A stretch of DNA of 64,000 nt from Pirellulales bacterium (GTDB taxonomy: Bacteria > Planctomycetota > Planctomycetia > Pirellulales > PALSA-1355). Below are positions 33,693 to 46,165 of the stretch, piece by piece. Location: the NCBI GenBank assembly GCA_963733035.1, contig CAVTBU010000004.1, positions 192,001 through 256,000 of the forward strand, in the 5' to 3' direction. The notes beneath the pieces were generated by a model. That model did not search any database, was not told where the DNA came from, and saw only the letters and a list, made by a program, of their open reading frames with translations. A program made the translations under genes and the position numbers. Numbering within the stretch: the stretch's first letter is position 1; every line of letters starts with the position of its first letter.

Positions 33693-36600
33693 ATGACACC
33701 GTCCTGGCACGAATCTCCGGCCCAATCTGCTCAAACCGGCGAGCACGAGCATGCCCAGGAATTCTCCCACTGGTGGCGCGCCGCTGGTCCCGATTACGCA
33801 GCATTGTTCGACAGGTTCTTGGCCGACCATCAGGAGCTGACGCCGAACGAGCTAGCCGCCGTCATACGTGTCGATCTGCGCGAGCGTCGGCGCCGGGGCG
33901 AGGCCATCGATTCTCGAAAGTACCTTGCCAGGTTCCCATCCGTTGCCGACGATCCGGAACTCGCGGTCGATGTGATCTACGCCGAGTTCATGGTGCGGGA
34001 GGAACAGGGAGAGGTTCCGGCGCCAGGGGACTTTGTGGAGCGTTTTCCGGAGTATGGAGATCTATTGGCGGATCAACTGAGCCTGCATGAAGTTTTCGGC
34101 AGTCCCGCGGGCGACACGCCGGCCGCCCCTTCCCGCGCCGCGGGCGACGCAGACATCGAATCGCAGTCGACCCCCGAACGGCTGGAGGCCAACTACGAAG
34201 TCCTGGACGTGCTCGGCCGCGGCGGGATGGGCGTGGTTTACAAGGCCCGGCAGCAAGCACTGAACCGATTTGTCGCGCTCAAAATGGTCCGCAGAGCCGA
34301 CCTGGACAACGACGAACTGCTGGCTCGTTTTCGCGCCGAGGCCGAGGTCGTCGCGTCGTTGCACCACTCTCACATCGTGCAGGTCTACGACTACGGCGAG
34401 CACGATGGAACGCCGTACCTGGCACTTGAGTTGATCGAAGGGGGTTCGCTCGGCGAACGACTCAATGGTTCTCCCTGGAACCCACGAAAGGCGGCGGCAC
34501 TGATCGAGCAGGTGGCCAGGGCCGTGCATTTCGCGCACGAGCGGGGAGTCGTTCATCGCGATCTGAAGCCCAACAACCTGCTCATTTGCAGCGAAGGGGA
34601 ACCGCTGCAACTGAAGATTGCAGACTTCGGGCTGGCCAAGGTATTTCGCGATGATCCGGCCGCTCACACGCAAACCGGAGCGCTGCTAGGAACGCCTAGC
34701 TACATGGCACCCGAGCAGGCATATGGCAGGGCAAGCGCGGTTGGTCCGGCCGCCGACGTCTATGCTTTAGGCGCAATTCTATACGAGCTGCTCAGCGGAC
34801 GCCCTCCATACCGCGGCGATACGGCCATGGATGCCCTGCAGCAGTTGCTTCTGGCGGAGCCGGTATCGATCTTGCGCCTGGTGCCGGGGCTTCCGCGTGA
34901 CCTGGCCACGATTTGCGCGAAGTGTCTGGAGCGGTCGCCCGAAAAGCGCTATGCGTCGGCGCTCGAATTGGCGCAGGACTTGGGCCAATTTCTCGCCGAC
35001 CGGCCGATTCGCGCAAGGCCCATCGGTCGTTGGGAGCGCGGCTGGCGCTGGTGTCGGCGAAATCCGGCTTTGGCTCTGGCGCTTGGTTCGGTAGCTGCCT
35101 TGTTGGTCATGGTGACGGCGTTATCGACCTGGTATTCAGGGAAGCTCAACCGGCAACTCGGGATCACGCGACGCGCCGAGCACGCCGAACGGAAGGCGAA
35201 TGTCGACGCGCAGTTGCGGCTCTGGGACTCCTACCTTGCGGAAATCTCGGCTCGCAACTCGAGCGGTCAGATGGGGCAGCGTTTTGCAGCGCTCAAGACG
35301 GTTGAACGAGCGCAAGCGTTGCTCCCCGTGATCGGCACGAATGAACAGCGCCTCTTGCAGTTGCGCAGTGCGGTGATCACGTCCGCAGCGCTTCCTGATA
35401 TGGAGCCGCTGCGCACGATCTGGAGAAGTTCACACGTCATCCTCAACGGCGCCATCGACCTGTCGACGGACCGATTTGCCTGCACGCTCGAAGACATGAG
35501 CGTTGTCGTTGGTCGCTTGTCGGACGGGCGAATCCTGGCCCGCGCCAATCATGGGCAGCACTCCGCCGCCTTGCGCCTGGGGCCAGACGCCCGCTTCGTC
35601 GGCGTAAGCGGCGAGCAGGGAGTTCAGATGTGGGCGGTCCACGACACTGGACTCGAACGCGTCTGGCACCTGCCGGACGCCAACGGGTTGTCGTACACTC
35701 CGGACGGTGCACAGGTATTCGTCAATCTGCAGTCGAGCGGGTTGGTGCTACTCGATGTGCAAAGTGGCGACGTGGTTCGCCACCAGTCATCGCGGCTGGC
35801 AATTTCACAAGTCGCCTTTCACTCCCCGACCGATCGGGCGGCGTTTTGCACCGCGGACGACTTGCAGATCGTCGACCTCCGCACGGGAGAATTGTTGACG
35901 CGGCTCCCGGGTTTGAAGAACGAGTTGCCGCTGTTGGCCTGGCATCCCAGCGGCGACTATCTGGCGGCCTGGGGGAGTCAGGGGGTCACCCTCTGGAACG
36001 TCCGGACTCGTCGGCCAGTCGCGGAGTTTCCACACCTTGGTTTCCCACAGAGTCTGGTGTTCAGCCACGACGGGGCGCGGCTTGTCTCTTGCTCGCTGTG
36101 GGACGCGCGGCTGATTCTCTGGGACGTCGGTACCGGCCACAAAGAGTTCGACGTCCAAGCGTTTGACAACCTGGCAATCGACGAGCGAGCGGATGGACAT
36201 CTTGCGCTGTGCAAATCGACAGGCCACTCGATCGAACTCTGGGACTTGGCCCATGGATCGGAATGCCGGTATCTGCCGCGCAACCTGTTTCCGTCTTTAG
36301 GTACGACTCAAGGAGCCGTGATCAGCGCGGACAGTCGGCTGTTGGTGCTGACCGGGGCGAATGGCCTCGAGCTGTGGGATCTGCAGCACTGCCGACGACT
36401 CACGACGCAGCATGGTCGACTCTGCGCGGCAATCTTTGATCGACAGGGCGACCTGATCGTGGCATGGGACTCGGGAGTGTTTCGCTGGCCTCGCCGGGAG
36501 TCCGTGCGGCCGACGGCCGATGGCCGCGCGACGACGAAGCTGATTTCCTTCGGTCCGCTGCGGAGACTTGCCTCCATCGGCATGCCCACGAGCCTCGCGA

Positions 36601-37322
36601 CGGGCACTCCCTCGGAGCACATCGTCTTCGAGGACGCTAATGCGTGGCATGTGCTGTCGATGGCGACGGGCGAGCGACGTGATTTCTTGCCGCCTGGCGA
36701 TCCTCGAATGTCGGCAATCAGCAACGACGACCGGTTCGCGGCGGTCGCCGGCTGGAACCTGGGCGGAGTGACGGTATGGGACGTCGAGCACGGACAGCGC
36801 CTCGCCCAATTGGCGGCTGGCAAGTACGGTGTGATGGAGTTCAGTCCCGATGGAAAATGGCTGGCCACCAGTCCCGGCGGCGTGCAAATCTGGCGAACTT
36901 CCGATTGGACTCTCGCGCACGAACTCCATGCCCAGGGCACCACGCCCAACGGGCTGGGCATCGCCTACTCGAAGGACAGCCGCATGCTGGCAATCGGCGA
37001 ACCCAACGGCGAAGTGCGGCTGGTCGATCCGCGCTCCGGGCGCGACCTGGCTCGCATCATGCATCCCATCCCGCAATCGTCGGCCCGCATTGGCTTCACG
37101 AGTGATCATCGGCAGTTGATCGCACTCCCTGTCGATGGTCAGGCTCCTGCCCGACTCTGGAATCTGGCAGAACTGAGAGAGACACTGCGACACTACCAAC
37201 TCGACTGGCCGCAGGACGTGCTTGACACGCGTGCCGTCGCTGCGCCCGATCCAATGCCCATCGAAGTGGAGTGGCTCGGTGGCGGATGGCTTTCGGCGGC
37301 GGCGGGAGAGGCTTCCCGATAA
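33693..37322 (+). CDS. Ser/Thr protein kinase with a TM helix and C-terminal WD40 repeats
   Basis: LGRGGMGVVY, VALK, HRDLKPNN, DFG, GTPSYMAPE; TM LALALGSVAALLVMVTAL; repeated WD motifs. Confidence 0.95.
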   Translation: MTPSWHESPAQSAQTGEHEHAQEFSHWWRAAGPDYAALFDRFLADHQELTPNELAAVIRVDLRERRRRGEAIDSRKYLARFPSVADDPELAVDVIYAEFMVREEQGEVPAPGDFVERFPEYGDLLADQLSLHEVFGSPAGDTPAAPSRAAGDADIESQSTPERLEANYEVLDVLGRGGMGVVYKARQQALNRFVALKMVRRADLDNDELLARFRAEAEVVASLHHSHIVQVYDYGEHDGTPYLALELIEGGSLGERLNGSPWNPRKAAALIEQVARAVHFAHERGVVHRDLKPNNLLICSEGEPLQLKIADFGLAKVFRDDPAAHTQTGALLGTPSYMAPEQAYGRASAVGPAADVYALGAILYELLSGRPPYRGDTAMDALQQLLLAEPVSILRLVPGLPRDLATICAKCLERSPEKRYASALELAQDLGQFLADRPIRARPIGRWERGWRWCRRNPALALALGSVAALLVMVTALSTWYSGKLNRQLGITRRAEHAERKANVDAQLRLWDSYLAEISARNSSGQMGQRFAALKTVERAQALLPVIGTNEQRLLQLRSAVITSAALPDMEPLRTIWRSSHVILNGAIDLSTDRFACTLEDMSVVVGRLSDGRILARANHGQHSAALRLGPDARFVGVSGEQGVQMWAVHDTGLERVWHLPDANGLSYTPDGAQVFVNLQSSGLVLLDVQSGDVVRHQSSRLAISQVAFHSPTDRAAFCTADDLQIVDLRTGELLTRLPGLKNELPLLAWHPSGDYLAAWGSQGVTLWNVRTRRPVAEFPHLGFPQSLVFSHDGARLVSCSLWDARLILWDVGTGHKEFDVQAFDNLAIDERADGHLALCKSTGHSIELWDLAHGSECRYLPRNLFPSLGTTQGAVISADSRLLVLTGANGLELWDLQHCRRLTTQHGRLCAAIFDRQGDLIVAWDSGVFRWPRRESVRPTADGRATTKLISFGPLRRLASIGMPTSLATGTPSEHIVFEDANAWHVLSMATGERRDFLPPGDPRMSAISNDDRFAAVAGWNLGGVTVWDVEHGQRLAQLAAGKYGVMEFSPDGKWLATSPGGVQIWRTSDWTLAHELHAQGTTPNGLGIAYSKDSRMLAIGEPNGEVRLVDPRSGRDLARIMHPIPQSSARIGFTSDHRQLIALPVDGQAPARLWNLAELRETLRHYQLDWPQDVLDTRAVAAPDPMPIEVEWLGGGWLSAAAGEASR

Positions 37323-37461
37323 GCTGGGCGCGCCACTGTTCTGTGATCAAGAGCCCTTTTGCCAGCGCCGCCACTTCGTCAAGCGAGGGAATCACGTGAG
37401 AGGGAGAATAGGCCGTCGTTCTCTGTGTCGCATGTGAGCAAAATCGACTTACAGAAAGAAA

Positions 37462-37482
37462 TCGGGGCGACTGGATTTGAAC
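37462..37482 (-). repeat. Inverted tRNA-Pro 3' fragment
   Basis: Minus strand reads GTTCAAATCCAGTCGCCCCGA, 20/21 identical to tRNA 629-649. Confidence 0.75.
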
Positions 37483-38103
37483 TCACGAGACAAGACATCG
37501 AGAAACTCATGGACTCGACGCTAGGTTTTTAACCTGGTGTGTTCGCCAACGACTGCCATGCCGCCTTGTTATTCGTCCGTCAGCCAGGCTAACGCGTCGG
37601 ACTGCATCGTAACAATTGCGGGAAGCAGCACTTGAACCTGCGCGATATTTCTACCAGTAGGCCCTCAACCTAGAAAATAGCGTGTTTGGCTTGGATGGCA
37701 ACAGGATCGGAAAGCGTTGGACAACCGCGTTTTCCGGCCGAAAACGCGGGGTCTTGCATTGCGTCAGCATTGGCCTTGGATGGCCCCGCATCTTCCCATA
37801 TTCTTCCCAAATACAGGAACGACCACCGGCGTGATGCACCGGAAAAATCTGGCTTGGTTCGGCGTCATTTCACGTCGGCCAAACAGTTCGCGCGCACGCA
37901 TCTAACCCGACGCTAGGTCGACAATCAAGGAGGGCACCTGCCCGCGCGCGGTCGACGTCTTACTAGTAGGTGGTCAGGGAGCGGAGCGAGGCGTGGGAAA
38001 TGTCGCGAGCGTGCTTGTGTCCCATGCTGACCCGGACTTCCCACGTAGCCTCAGTCTTGCGAATTTTGCGTCGGGGCCATTCGGTCGCAGCGAGTTCAAC
38101 CAC

Positions 38104-38526
38104 TCAAGGGTCAGGGTTGGCGGTACGTGATTTCGAGAAACTCGATCTCGTGCAAAATCGGCGAAAAAACGATGGCTGTGCTTCCATATGAAGCACAGAT
38201 GTGTATCCTTTCCATTCCATTGCTGACCGAATCCCTGACCACGGCGACGGCGCCAACTCAATCCAACGTGGTGAAGCCCGAGAGCTTGCATCAAGGTTGG
38301 CAGCCGGATCCAGCGCCATGGCCATCGATTTGGCACGGCATCTGCGGCCCGCGTGTGCCGGGATGGTTGCCAACAGGGCGTCATCAATCTGCGAGGCCCC
38401 TTTCGTGACGTCCCACAGCCGAACGAATCCGTCGTGGTTGCACGTGGCGGCAATCGTGCCCGCAACTGAGAAACTGACCGCCGGCGTGATTGCCACTCCC
38501 GCTGTACTGGCCGGCAAGTTGGACAA
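38104..38526 (-). pseudogene. Possible WD40-repeat gene fragment
   Basis: A single WD-like unit (VSFSVAGTIAATCNHDGFVRLWDV); the rest is not protein-like. Confidence 0.35.
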
Positions 38527-38791
38527 CGTCAGGGGCGCGACCGGTATTGTCCGGGTCGCGACTGCGCTCGACAGAGCGCGTCATTTCATGCGCGGCGCTG
38601 ATTAAGCCGGCTCGGCCCACCCGTTGCCAAATTGATCATCGAGCCGCGCGTCCACGTTTTCCGGTTTTCACGCCAAAATTTCCTTGCAATTGCCCGCGCA
38701 GGATGTATTATCGGATACCTCGCAGGTATAGCTAGCTGGCCTGACTTGCCGACTTACTGACGCCGAGAATCTGCACAACCAGGTCGGCTCG

Positions 38792-39588
38792 ATGGCGGAT
38801 TTCCCAGTCCTATTGACATTCGACGATGGCCCGCACCAGGTCAAGGGAAACGACAATCGCACCATCAAGGTGCTGAACGTGCTGCAGGCCCAGGCAGTTG
38901 CCCTAGGGCATCCGCTCTCGGTCGTGTTCTTCGTGCAAACCCATTCGGAAGATGCAGATGGCCGGCCGATTCGGCTCAATTCTCCGCGTGGCGCGGAAGT
39001 GGCCAAACAGGCCGTCAATGCCGGCCACGTGCTGCAAATCCATTCCGGCAGCACGAAAGATCATGCGTCCCACGTCGCGCGCGCAAGGCGCCGCCCTACG
39101 ACATCAATCACGATCAGCAGCCAGACGGCCAGAACGGGCTTGAGTCTGACTTGTTGCGGGCAATCGGCGCCATCAGCGCCGTTGCCGGCACAGCGCCGAA
39201 ATACGTGCGGTCGACGTATCTGGCCCGCAACGCCACCGTGGACGCCACCTACCATCGGATCGGACTAAAGCATATCGGCGCCAACATTGTCAGTGGCGAC
39301 GCGGATCCTTGGACCGTCGCCGAAAAGCGCCTCACGTCGGCCGACCGTTTCGCCGCGCGAAAGCTCGCCGTCATCGAACAATTGAAGAAGCGCGTCCACG
39401 CCGCGATCGACAACCAGGTCCCGCACATGATCGTGTTGTTCCACGACGTGCACCCGGTTACATCTCGGTTTCTCAACGATTTGATCGAATTGGGCATCAA
39501 GAAGGCGTTCACGGAAGCCGGGGCGACAGCCAAGTTCGTTCAGAACTCAGCCGAGGCGTTACAAATTCTGAGCAGTACGCACGTGTAG
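38792..39588 (+). CDS. Polysaccharide/peptidoglycan deacetylase (CE4, NodB-like), ~265 aa, frameshift near 39085
   Basis: LTFDDGP, IHSGSTKDH, YVRSTY and IVLFHD motifs are split over two overlapping ORFs. No signal peptide. Confidence 0.82.
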
Positions 39589-39643
39589 CCCACTCGAGTG
39601 CGCCCGACTTGCGCGCTCGAAAGTCGGCCGTTGGAGACGAAGA

Positions 39644-42600
39644 ATGGACGGTAGCGACCCGCACGTCTTATTGACTGCTTACAATGCCCAGGGAAGGCAA
39701 ATCGCTCGTATCGAAGTGGACGCCTCGAACCAGGCCGTGCTGTATGGAGTCCAGCCGCCTGCCAATGGCAAGGTTCGTCTGGCTTGGGCACGCCTGGTCG
39801 TGCAGGCCCCGGCGACCCCCGCTCCTTCGGTCGCGGCCGGCACGCTCGATCCCAATCGATTGGTCGTGCTGGATGTGATACCGTCGCGCAACGAGCTGCC
39901 GATCGAGCGCGCCAACGACCTGAGGATCGAAGTCGTCACGCCGCCGGCCACGCCGCCAGTCGTCAAGAGCGTGGAATACGGCGGCCACGTTCGTTGCTAC
40001 CTCACAGACCAACTGTTGGTCGTCAGGGGCACGTTGAAGAACCAGCGGCTGCCGCTCGTCTGGACGTCGTTCTTTGCCAACACGAACTTCGACCTGAGTC
40101 AGGACTTCAGCTCGAAAGTGGATACCATGTCCCTGGGCCCGACGGCCCTGTTCGATCACTGGGGTTGGCACCCGGCCATCCTTCCCTTTCAGGCGGTCAA
40201 ATACCAGTTCGTTCCGGCGCCCATCCCGCCGGAGCCCCTTTCGTCACTCGACAATCTCGACGACAACCTGGCCAACCCAAAGTCCTCAAAGCGGTACTTC
40301 GTCGTGCGCTTCACGCGCGAAATGCGGATGCAAAATCGTGACCAGTCTCTGCGCTGCGATGATTTGCAAGTCAGCATCGACGCGCAGACCGTGGTCCGGG
40401 CCGGGCTGTCGAGCAATCCTCGCGCGGTGCTGACGACGCAAATCCTCAACTGCGTCGAACCGCAGGACGTGCTCGGTGCATCGCAGCGACAATGGATCGT
40501 ACGTGTGCAGGGCGTTCCAATGGTCCCCGCCCTGACCACCTACAACCGGCTGGCAACTCGCTATCTGGATGCCATGCAAACGGTCAACGCGGGGCGTCCC
40601 GTCACGGGAGTGCCGCTCTTCTCCGAGCAGGTATGGGACGAAGCGACTAGCTCCACCATCCCCCTGGCCGAAGTTGAGTTTCAACGCAAGTGGGTCTTCT
40701 CGTTCAATATCACCGACGAGCAGGTGATCTCGGCCGGCAACTTTCCCGATGAAACGAACAATCACCCGGATATTGCGGACGAGTTGCGTTTGCCGCGGCG
40801 GATTCGCTTCCGCGCCGCGTTTCCGGTCGATTTGACCGCGACGCCGAACGCGTTCGCACATCGCCTGTGGCTGCCCGGCCTGGCTCGTCACGACTTTTAC
40901 TTGCACGGCGACGCGCCGTTTGGTGCGCCCTATGCAGGGGTAGTGAATATCGACTGCGCGATCACTGGCCTGGGGCAACTCGTGCCGCCCCCGGCGCCGG
41001 ACTATCCCTACGCCTGGGACAGCGTCGAGTGCGGCTTCCTGATGTTGCTCTATCGACAGTATCCGGATGCCGGCCAAACGACGCCTTATCAATGGGTGCG
41101 CATCGGCGCGCTGGACCTGGCGTTTGCGGCCCCACTGCCCGACGTGCCCGGACGTTTCGATGACCGCCTCAACGTCCTGCCTACTCCGACGGATGACCCT
41201 CTGCTCCAACGCGGCTCGATCGACCGACGCATGTTGCTGATGAGACAACGTTCGCTGTTGGCACTGGGCTCGCGCCGCGCCGCGGGCGACTGGAGTTTGA
41301 CCCTGCCCACCGTGGTCCTGGAGCTTCAGATGCGCGTCGACCTGGCCGTACCGGGCGGGCAGGACGGGCTTCCCAACGAGCCACTGCAACCGGTCGACGT
41401 GGGCGAGGCCCTGACGGTGACACCGACTGACGCCTCGCCGAGCGCCATTCGTCGGCGCTTCGTGCGTGAACCGGCCCTGTTGATCCCCAAGGACGAGGTA
41501 TCGAGTATTCCGGTCCTGTTTCGCCTGCGCGAGCAAACCGCCTCGTTCGAGTCACAGTTTCTGGCCGCGCAGTTGTTCGGCTGGTCGGCCAGTGAAACGA
41601 ATTCCCCCGCCAATAACGTTCCCCAGGCACTCGTCGTCGTCGATCGCCAGCCCCTCACGGTGGCGCTCGTGCATGCCCCGCCGTTGATCCCCAGCGGGGC
41701 CGCCGATAGCAATTTGGAGTTGGGCAATTGGTCGGCCAGCGGATTCGAAGGGGCGTCGTGGGAACTGACCGGAGCGTCCGACGGTTTTCGCCTGAAGTTT
41801 CCGCCCCAGGCGATCGGCGAATCGATGGAGAAAGTCGCCGATGCCGACGTGGTTGACGATGATCCCGCCCAGTTTCGGCTCAGCACGATCTCGGAATTCG
41901 AGCTGGAGTCTTCGTACTTCCGGCAGAACTTTACCGAGGCCGTCTGGAACCTGCGTCGAGTGTTGGGCTACCCGGGACAACGCGGGGCCGGCGCAGGCGT
42001 GCGTCGATTGGACTTCGAGTTGCTTTACGGGATGCACTGCACGGTGCGAACCGCTGGGCTGCGGCTTGCCGAGCTCAGCGCGTTGTTGGGCGCGGTGCCG
42101 GGCCCCTTGCCGGGCCGGATCGGCTACGTGTTCGGATTGAGTCGTCAGAACAATGTCGACGGCCTACTAGCGCAGGAGCGACTGTTTGACCGAAACAAGC
42201 TCGCCTGGTCACGGCAGTTCGCGGCTTATGCCTCGCGGCTCGGCGTGTTTCAGCCCTGGTCGCAATCGGAAACCCAGTCGCTCGCGCTCAACTCGGGCGT
42301 CGACTACGTCGTGCGGCCACCCGACACGATCATGCAGGATCCTGTGAATCCACCTGCCCACGTCGCCGGTGGTCCGCGTCCGTTGAAGCTGGCGGGCGGC
42401 GCCTTGTGGGGCTTTGACTTTCGAGCCCAGTACGATCCCTTCGTCCACGACGACGTGGTCCAGCCCGCCGACCGCACGCGACGTTCGACAGCCGGCGAAC
42501 TGGCGCACCCGTCCTTCTCTGCGCTGGGGGGCTGGGGGCATCAAAAGGCCGTCTTCCAAAGCGGCCTGACCACGATCTACTCCGACTCCGCGATGGGCCG

Positions 42601-45600
42601 CACGTACTTTTACAGTGTGGAGCGGCGTGGCCGCATCGCAGGGTATTGGAACTATGCCAAACACGTCGTCATCTACGAGCGTACAGTGGGCACGGCCTTG
42701 CAGTTTCGCCCACAGGCGGGAGTCAAAAACCAGGACCATCTGGCTGGCAGGCCGGTGCTGCGCAAAGTTCGCGAGTTTGTCGAGATCCTGCAGCCCCGGC
42801 GGCGTTACCCCGACCTCGGCGGCGGCGCCATTGCCGCAGGATGCGTGCAGGGAATCGACTTCAAGCAAACAGTTATTCCGGTGGACGGTCGTCAGTGGGG
42901 CTACGACGTCACGAACTCCAGTGGCGACGCCATCGGTTACGTGGTTCCGTTGTGGCGCGAAGGTGCCGACCCTGCGATTTATCCCAAGCCGCACGTCGAG
43001 GTCCTATTGTCGGCAGCCAGCACACCGGGCGAGGCCCATTCGTGCCGGCATCTCGAGACCCAAAAGCTGCAGTTCTTCTCGGTGGCGAACGTCGCCTCGA
43101 CTGGCAAGGAGTTGAATACCGACGAATGGCCCGCCGTACGCGGGGTCGACTATCCCGATGCCCCCTGGCCTACCCCGGCGCCGCTCGACACACTTGCCCT
43201 TGACGACTTGGAGGCAGGGCTGCCGGACGAGGTCGCCGTCGCGCCGGGGTACGAGCCCTTCACGCATGCGATCGACGTCGCCAAACCGATCGACGTCATC
43301 GCCGGCCGTTCGTCGAAGGGAATGGCGGCCATGCTGCGCAATGTCACCATGGTGCGAGCCGAGCCTCTCGAGCACCCCGACTCGACCTCGAATGATGCCG
43401 CCAAAGGGCGCCGCGACCTGCAAGCCGCGCGCGCCCAATTGCAAGGTCTGGAAGCGCGCTTGCGCCGGCGGCGACGTACAAGCGGTACTCGGTTCCGTGG
43501 CGGATTCGGCGCAGACGAAATTCGCCAACGCCGCATCCGCGCTCGGCGCGGGCGTGCCGAACCTGAGCGTACAACGCGATTGGAGCGCCGTGGCCATGCG
43601 GTCGCTGGAAGCCAAACGCGACGAGGTGTCAACGTTTCTCAGTGCCGTGCAGGGTCCCTTCAAGCGCATCGAGGGCGAGCTCGACCATCTGCCCGCCGGT
43701 CTGGCCGCGGCCAGGGCGCGCGTGTTCGATTTGGTCGACGATGCGTGGGACGTATTCCGAGTAGCACAGGGCGACATCGATTCCGGACTCAACGATCTGG
43801 CCGACCGTCTCAACGGCATCGTGCAAATGCCCGCGGTCCTCGCCGACCGGATTGCGAAGCAGTTTGCCACGACCGTCACGACCGCCGAGTCGCTGTTGCT
43901 CGACACCCTCGGCGACGTTCCCCTCGCGCCGACGGTCGCAGAGCACCTATCAAACACGGCCCGCGAGGGGTGGGCACAGATTGTTGCTTGTGTGGAGCGA
44001 GCGATCTCCGAGGTCTTGACGGCAATCGACAAGAACTTCGAAGGCAGCCTTTCGGCCGCGGTCCGCCCCTTGGCGGCAACTGCCCAGCGGCAGGCCGAGC
44101 AATCGTACCAAGCCATCGTCGCCGCACTCGACAAACCTGCCGACGAAATTCTCGACCTGTTCTATGACGTCTGGAATTGGATCGACACTTTCAAAACGAC
44201 GGACCTCACAAACGCCACGACTCTCGCCCGCCAGTTGCAATCCGAGTTGACGGCGCGGATCGCGCAGTTCCGATCACTCGCGGTGACCAACTTGGGTGAT
44301 ATCGCCGACCTGGTCGGCCGCAACGGGTGGCCCAAGCGCATCGAAGACGCCATCGCCGCGCTGGGCGGTTCGGCATCGGTCGCCGACCTGAGGCGCGTCG
44401 TGCGGCAAGCGCAGGACAAATTCCTGCAAGACATCGGTGTTCCCTTCACCGTGCCCGGACTGGCCGGTTGGGTCGGCAGTATCACAGCCGGACCGATACA
44501 GAACTTCGTGCTCAAGGCGGTGCCCCTCGCCGAAATCCAGACTCTGGGCACGGACTTCAAGCAGAACATCGACAACGCGATCCTCAACAGCGCGAACAAC
44601 ATCGACGCCCTGCGTGTCGCCGTCATGCAAGAGTTGAATACCGCCCGCAGCTCACTCGACCGCGTGCTACAAAGCCTGGAGCAACCGCTCGCCAGCATGT
44701 TCCCCGACGGACTGGCACAAGCCGCCGGCACGACGCTCCGCTTCGCGCGCGCCTTCGGCGACGCGCCGCTGGTCGACGGCATGGCCTTTAGCCGGTCCGC
44801 CTTGGGTTACTTCTACGACCCGCTCAAGGCGGTCAAAAACGCTCCCATCGACATCACGCCCGCTGTGGCGCTGGTCAACCGCGTCGGCGGGCATCTCAAG
44901 GCATTGGGAGTGAGTTTGCCGACCGGCAATCTCCTCGACCAAGTCCTGCCGGCCCCCGACGATCTGATGAAGCAGATCGATTTTGGCAAGTTGTTGCCCG
45001 ACTTTGCGGGAATCAAGTTGGACAGTCTCCTGCCTGACCTGAAAGCTCCCAGCAGTCTCTCCGACAAAGTCAAAATCACGCACGACTTCGATAAGCAGTC
45101 GGGAAAGGGCTGGGTCCAGGCGGACGTGCAAATCGACGTTGCCGGCCCCAGCACGCTTTTCGACGGAGGACCGCTGCGAGTCGCGCTCAGCCAAATCGAT
45201 TTCACGGCCCGCATTCGCATCGATGCCGGTCCATCGGGCGCGCCGCGACAAACTCAAAATGGCAAGCTATCCGCCAATTGGGATCTCACCCTGGGCGGAA
45301 ATCCGCTGGTCACGTTCGTCGACACGTCTCTTACTTTCGACGAGTCCGGTAGGACGAAGTTCAATCTGGATCCCACGAAGATCCAGATGAACGGACTGCT
45401 GGAGATGCTCTCCAAGGTGCTCCAGACCGCGGGCGATTCCGATAGCGGCTTCACGCTCCGCTTGAAGCAGGAGAACGGATTGCCGGTTGGCGTCGAGGCC
45501 ATCCTCAAGCTTCCTCTGCCGGCGCTTACGTTCGGCGCGTGCTCGCTTTCGAACCTGACGTTCGGTGCCGAGTTCGAGCTGGTCGCCGTGCCCGAATTCG

Positions 45601-46130
45601 CCATCGGCACGCGCGTGCACGTCGCGGAAAAAACGGCCCCATTCACCCTCGCCATTCTGCTGCTGGGCGGCGGCGGCTGGCTCGACGCACGCGGCCGTTA
45701 CCTGCCACTTTCTGACCGGCTGACGACGTCGGTGTCGGTGGGCATCAATGCGGGCGCGATACTGGCCATTAGCTTCGGGCCCGTGAAAGGCAGCATCTTC
45801 GCCTTCTTTTTCGTCGAAGGCGAGCTGCGCACCGACTCGCAGAGTGGCGGTAACCGTCAACTGATCATTCGCATCGGCATCATCCTCGGCGGCGATGTTG
45901 ACGTTTGCGGAATCATCAGCGTCTGCATTCGTTTGCTGCTCGAATTGGAATATTCCGGCGGCGACGGCAGCCTGATCGGCCGCGGCATGTTGTCGATTCG
46001 CGTAAAAGTCTGCATCTTTCTCACCATTAGTTTCAGTCAAACCGTCGAAAAGAAATTCGCCGGCTCGGGCGGTGGCGACGACGCGCGGGTCAAGTCGTCC
46101 TGCAAGGCACACATCGACCGAACCGTCTAA
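39644..46130 (+). CDS. Giant hypothetical protein A (~2160 aa, frameshift near 43462)
   Basis: GGAG RBS. ORF 39644 is protein-like until LEARL and ORF 43158 from AGGDVQAV onward. Beta/Pro-rich N-terminal region, helical middle, Gly-rich amphipathic beta C-terminus. Confidence 0.85.
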
Positions 46131-46165
46131 GCCGTCGCCCGCCGCCGCGGGCCGAGGATGCCTCT

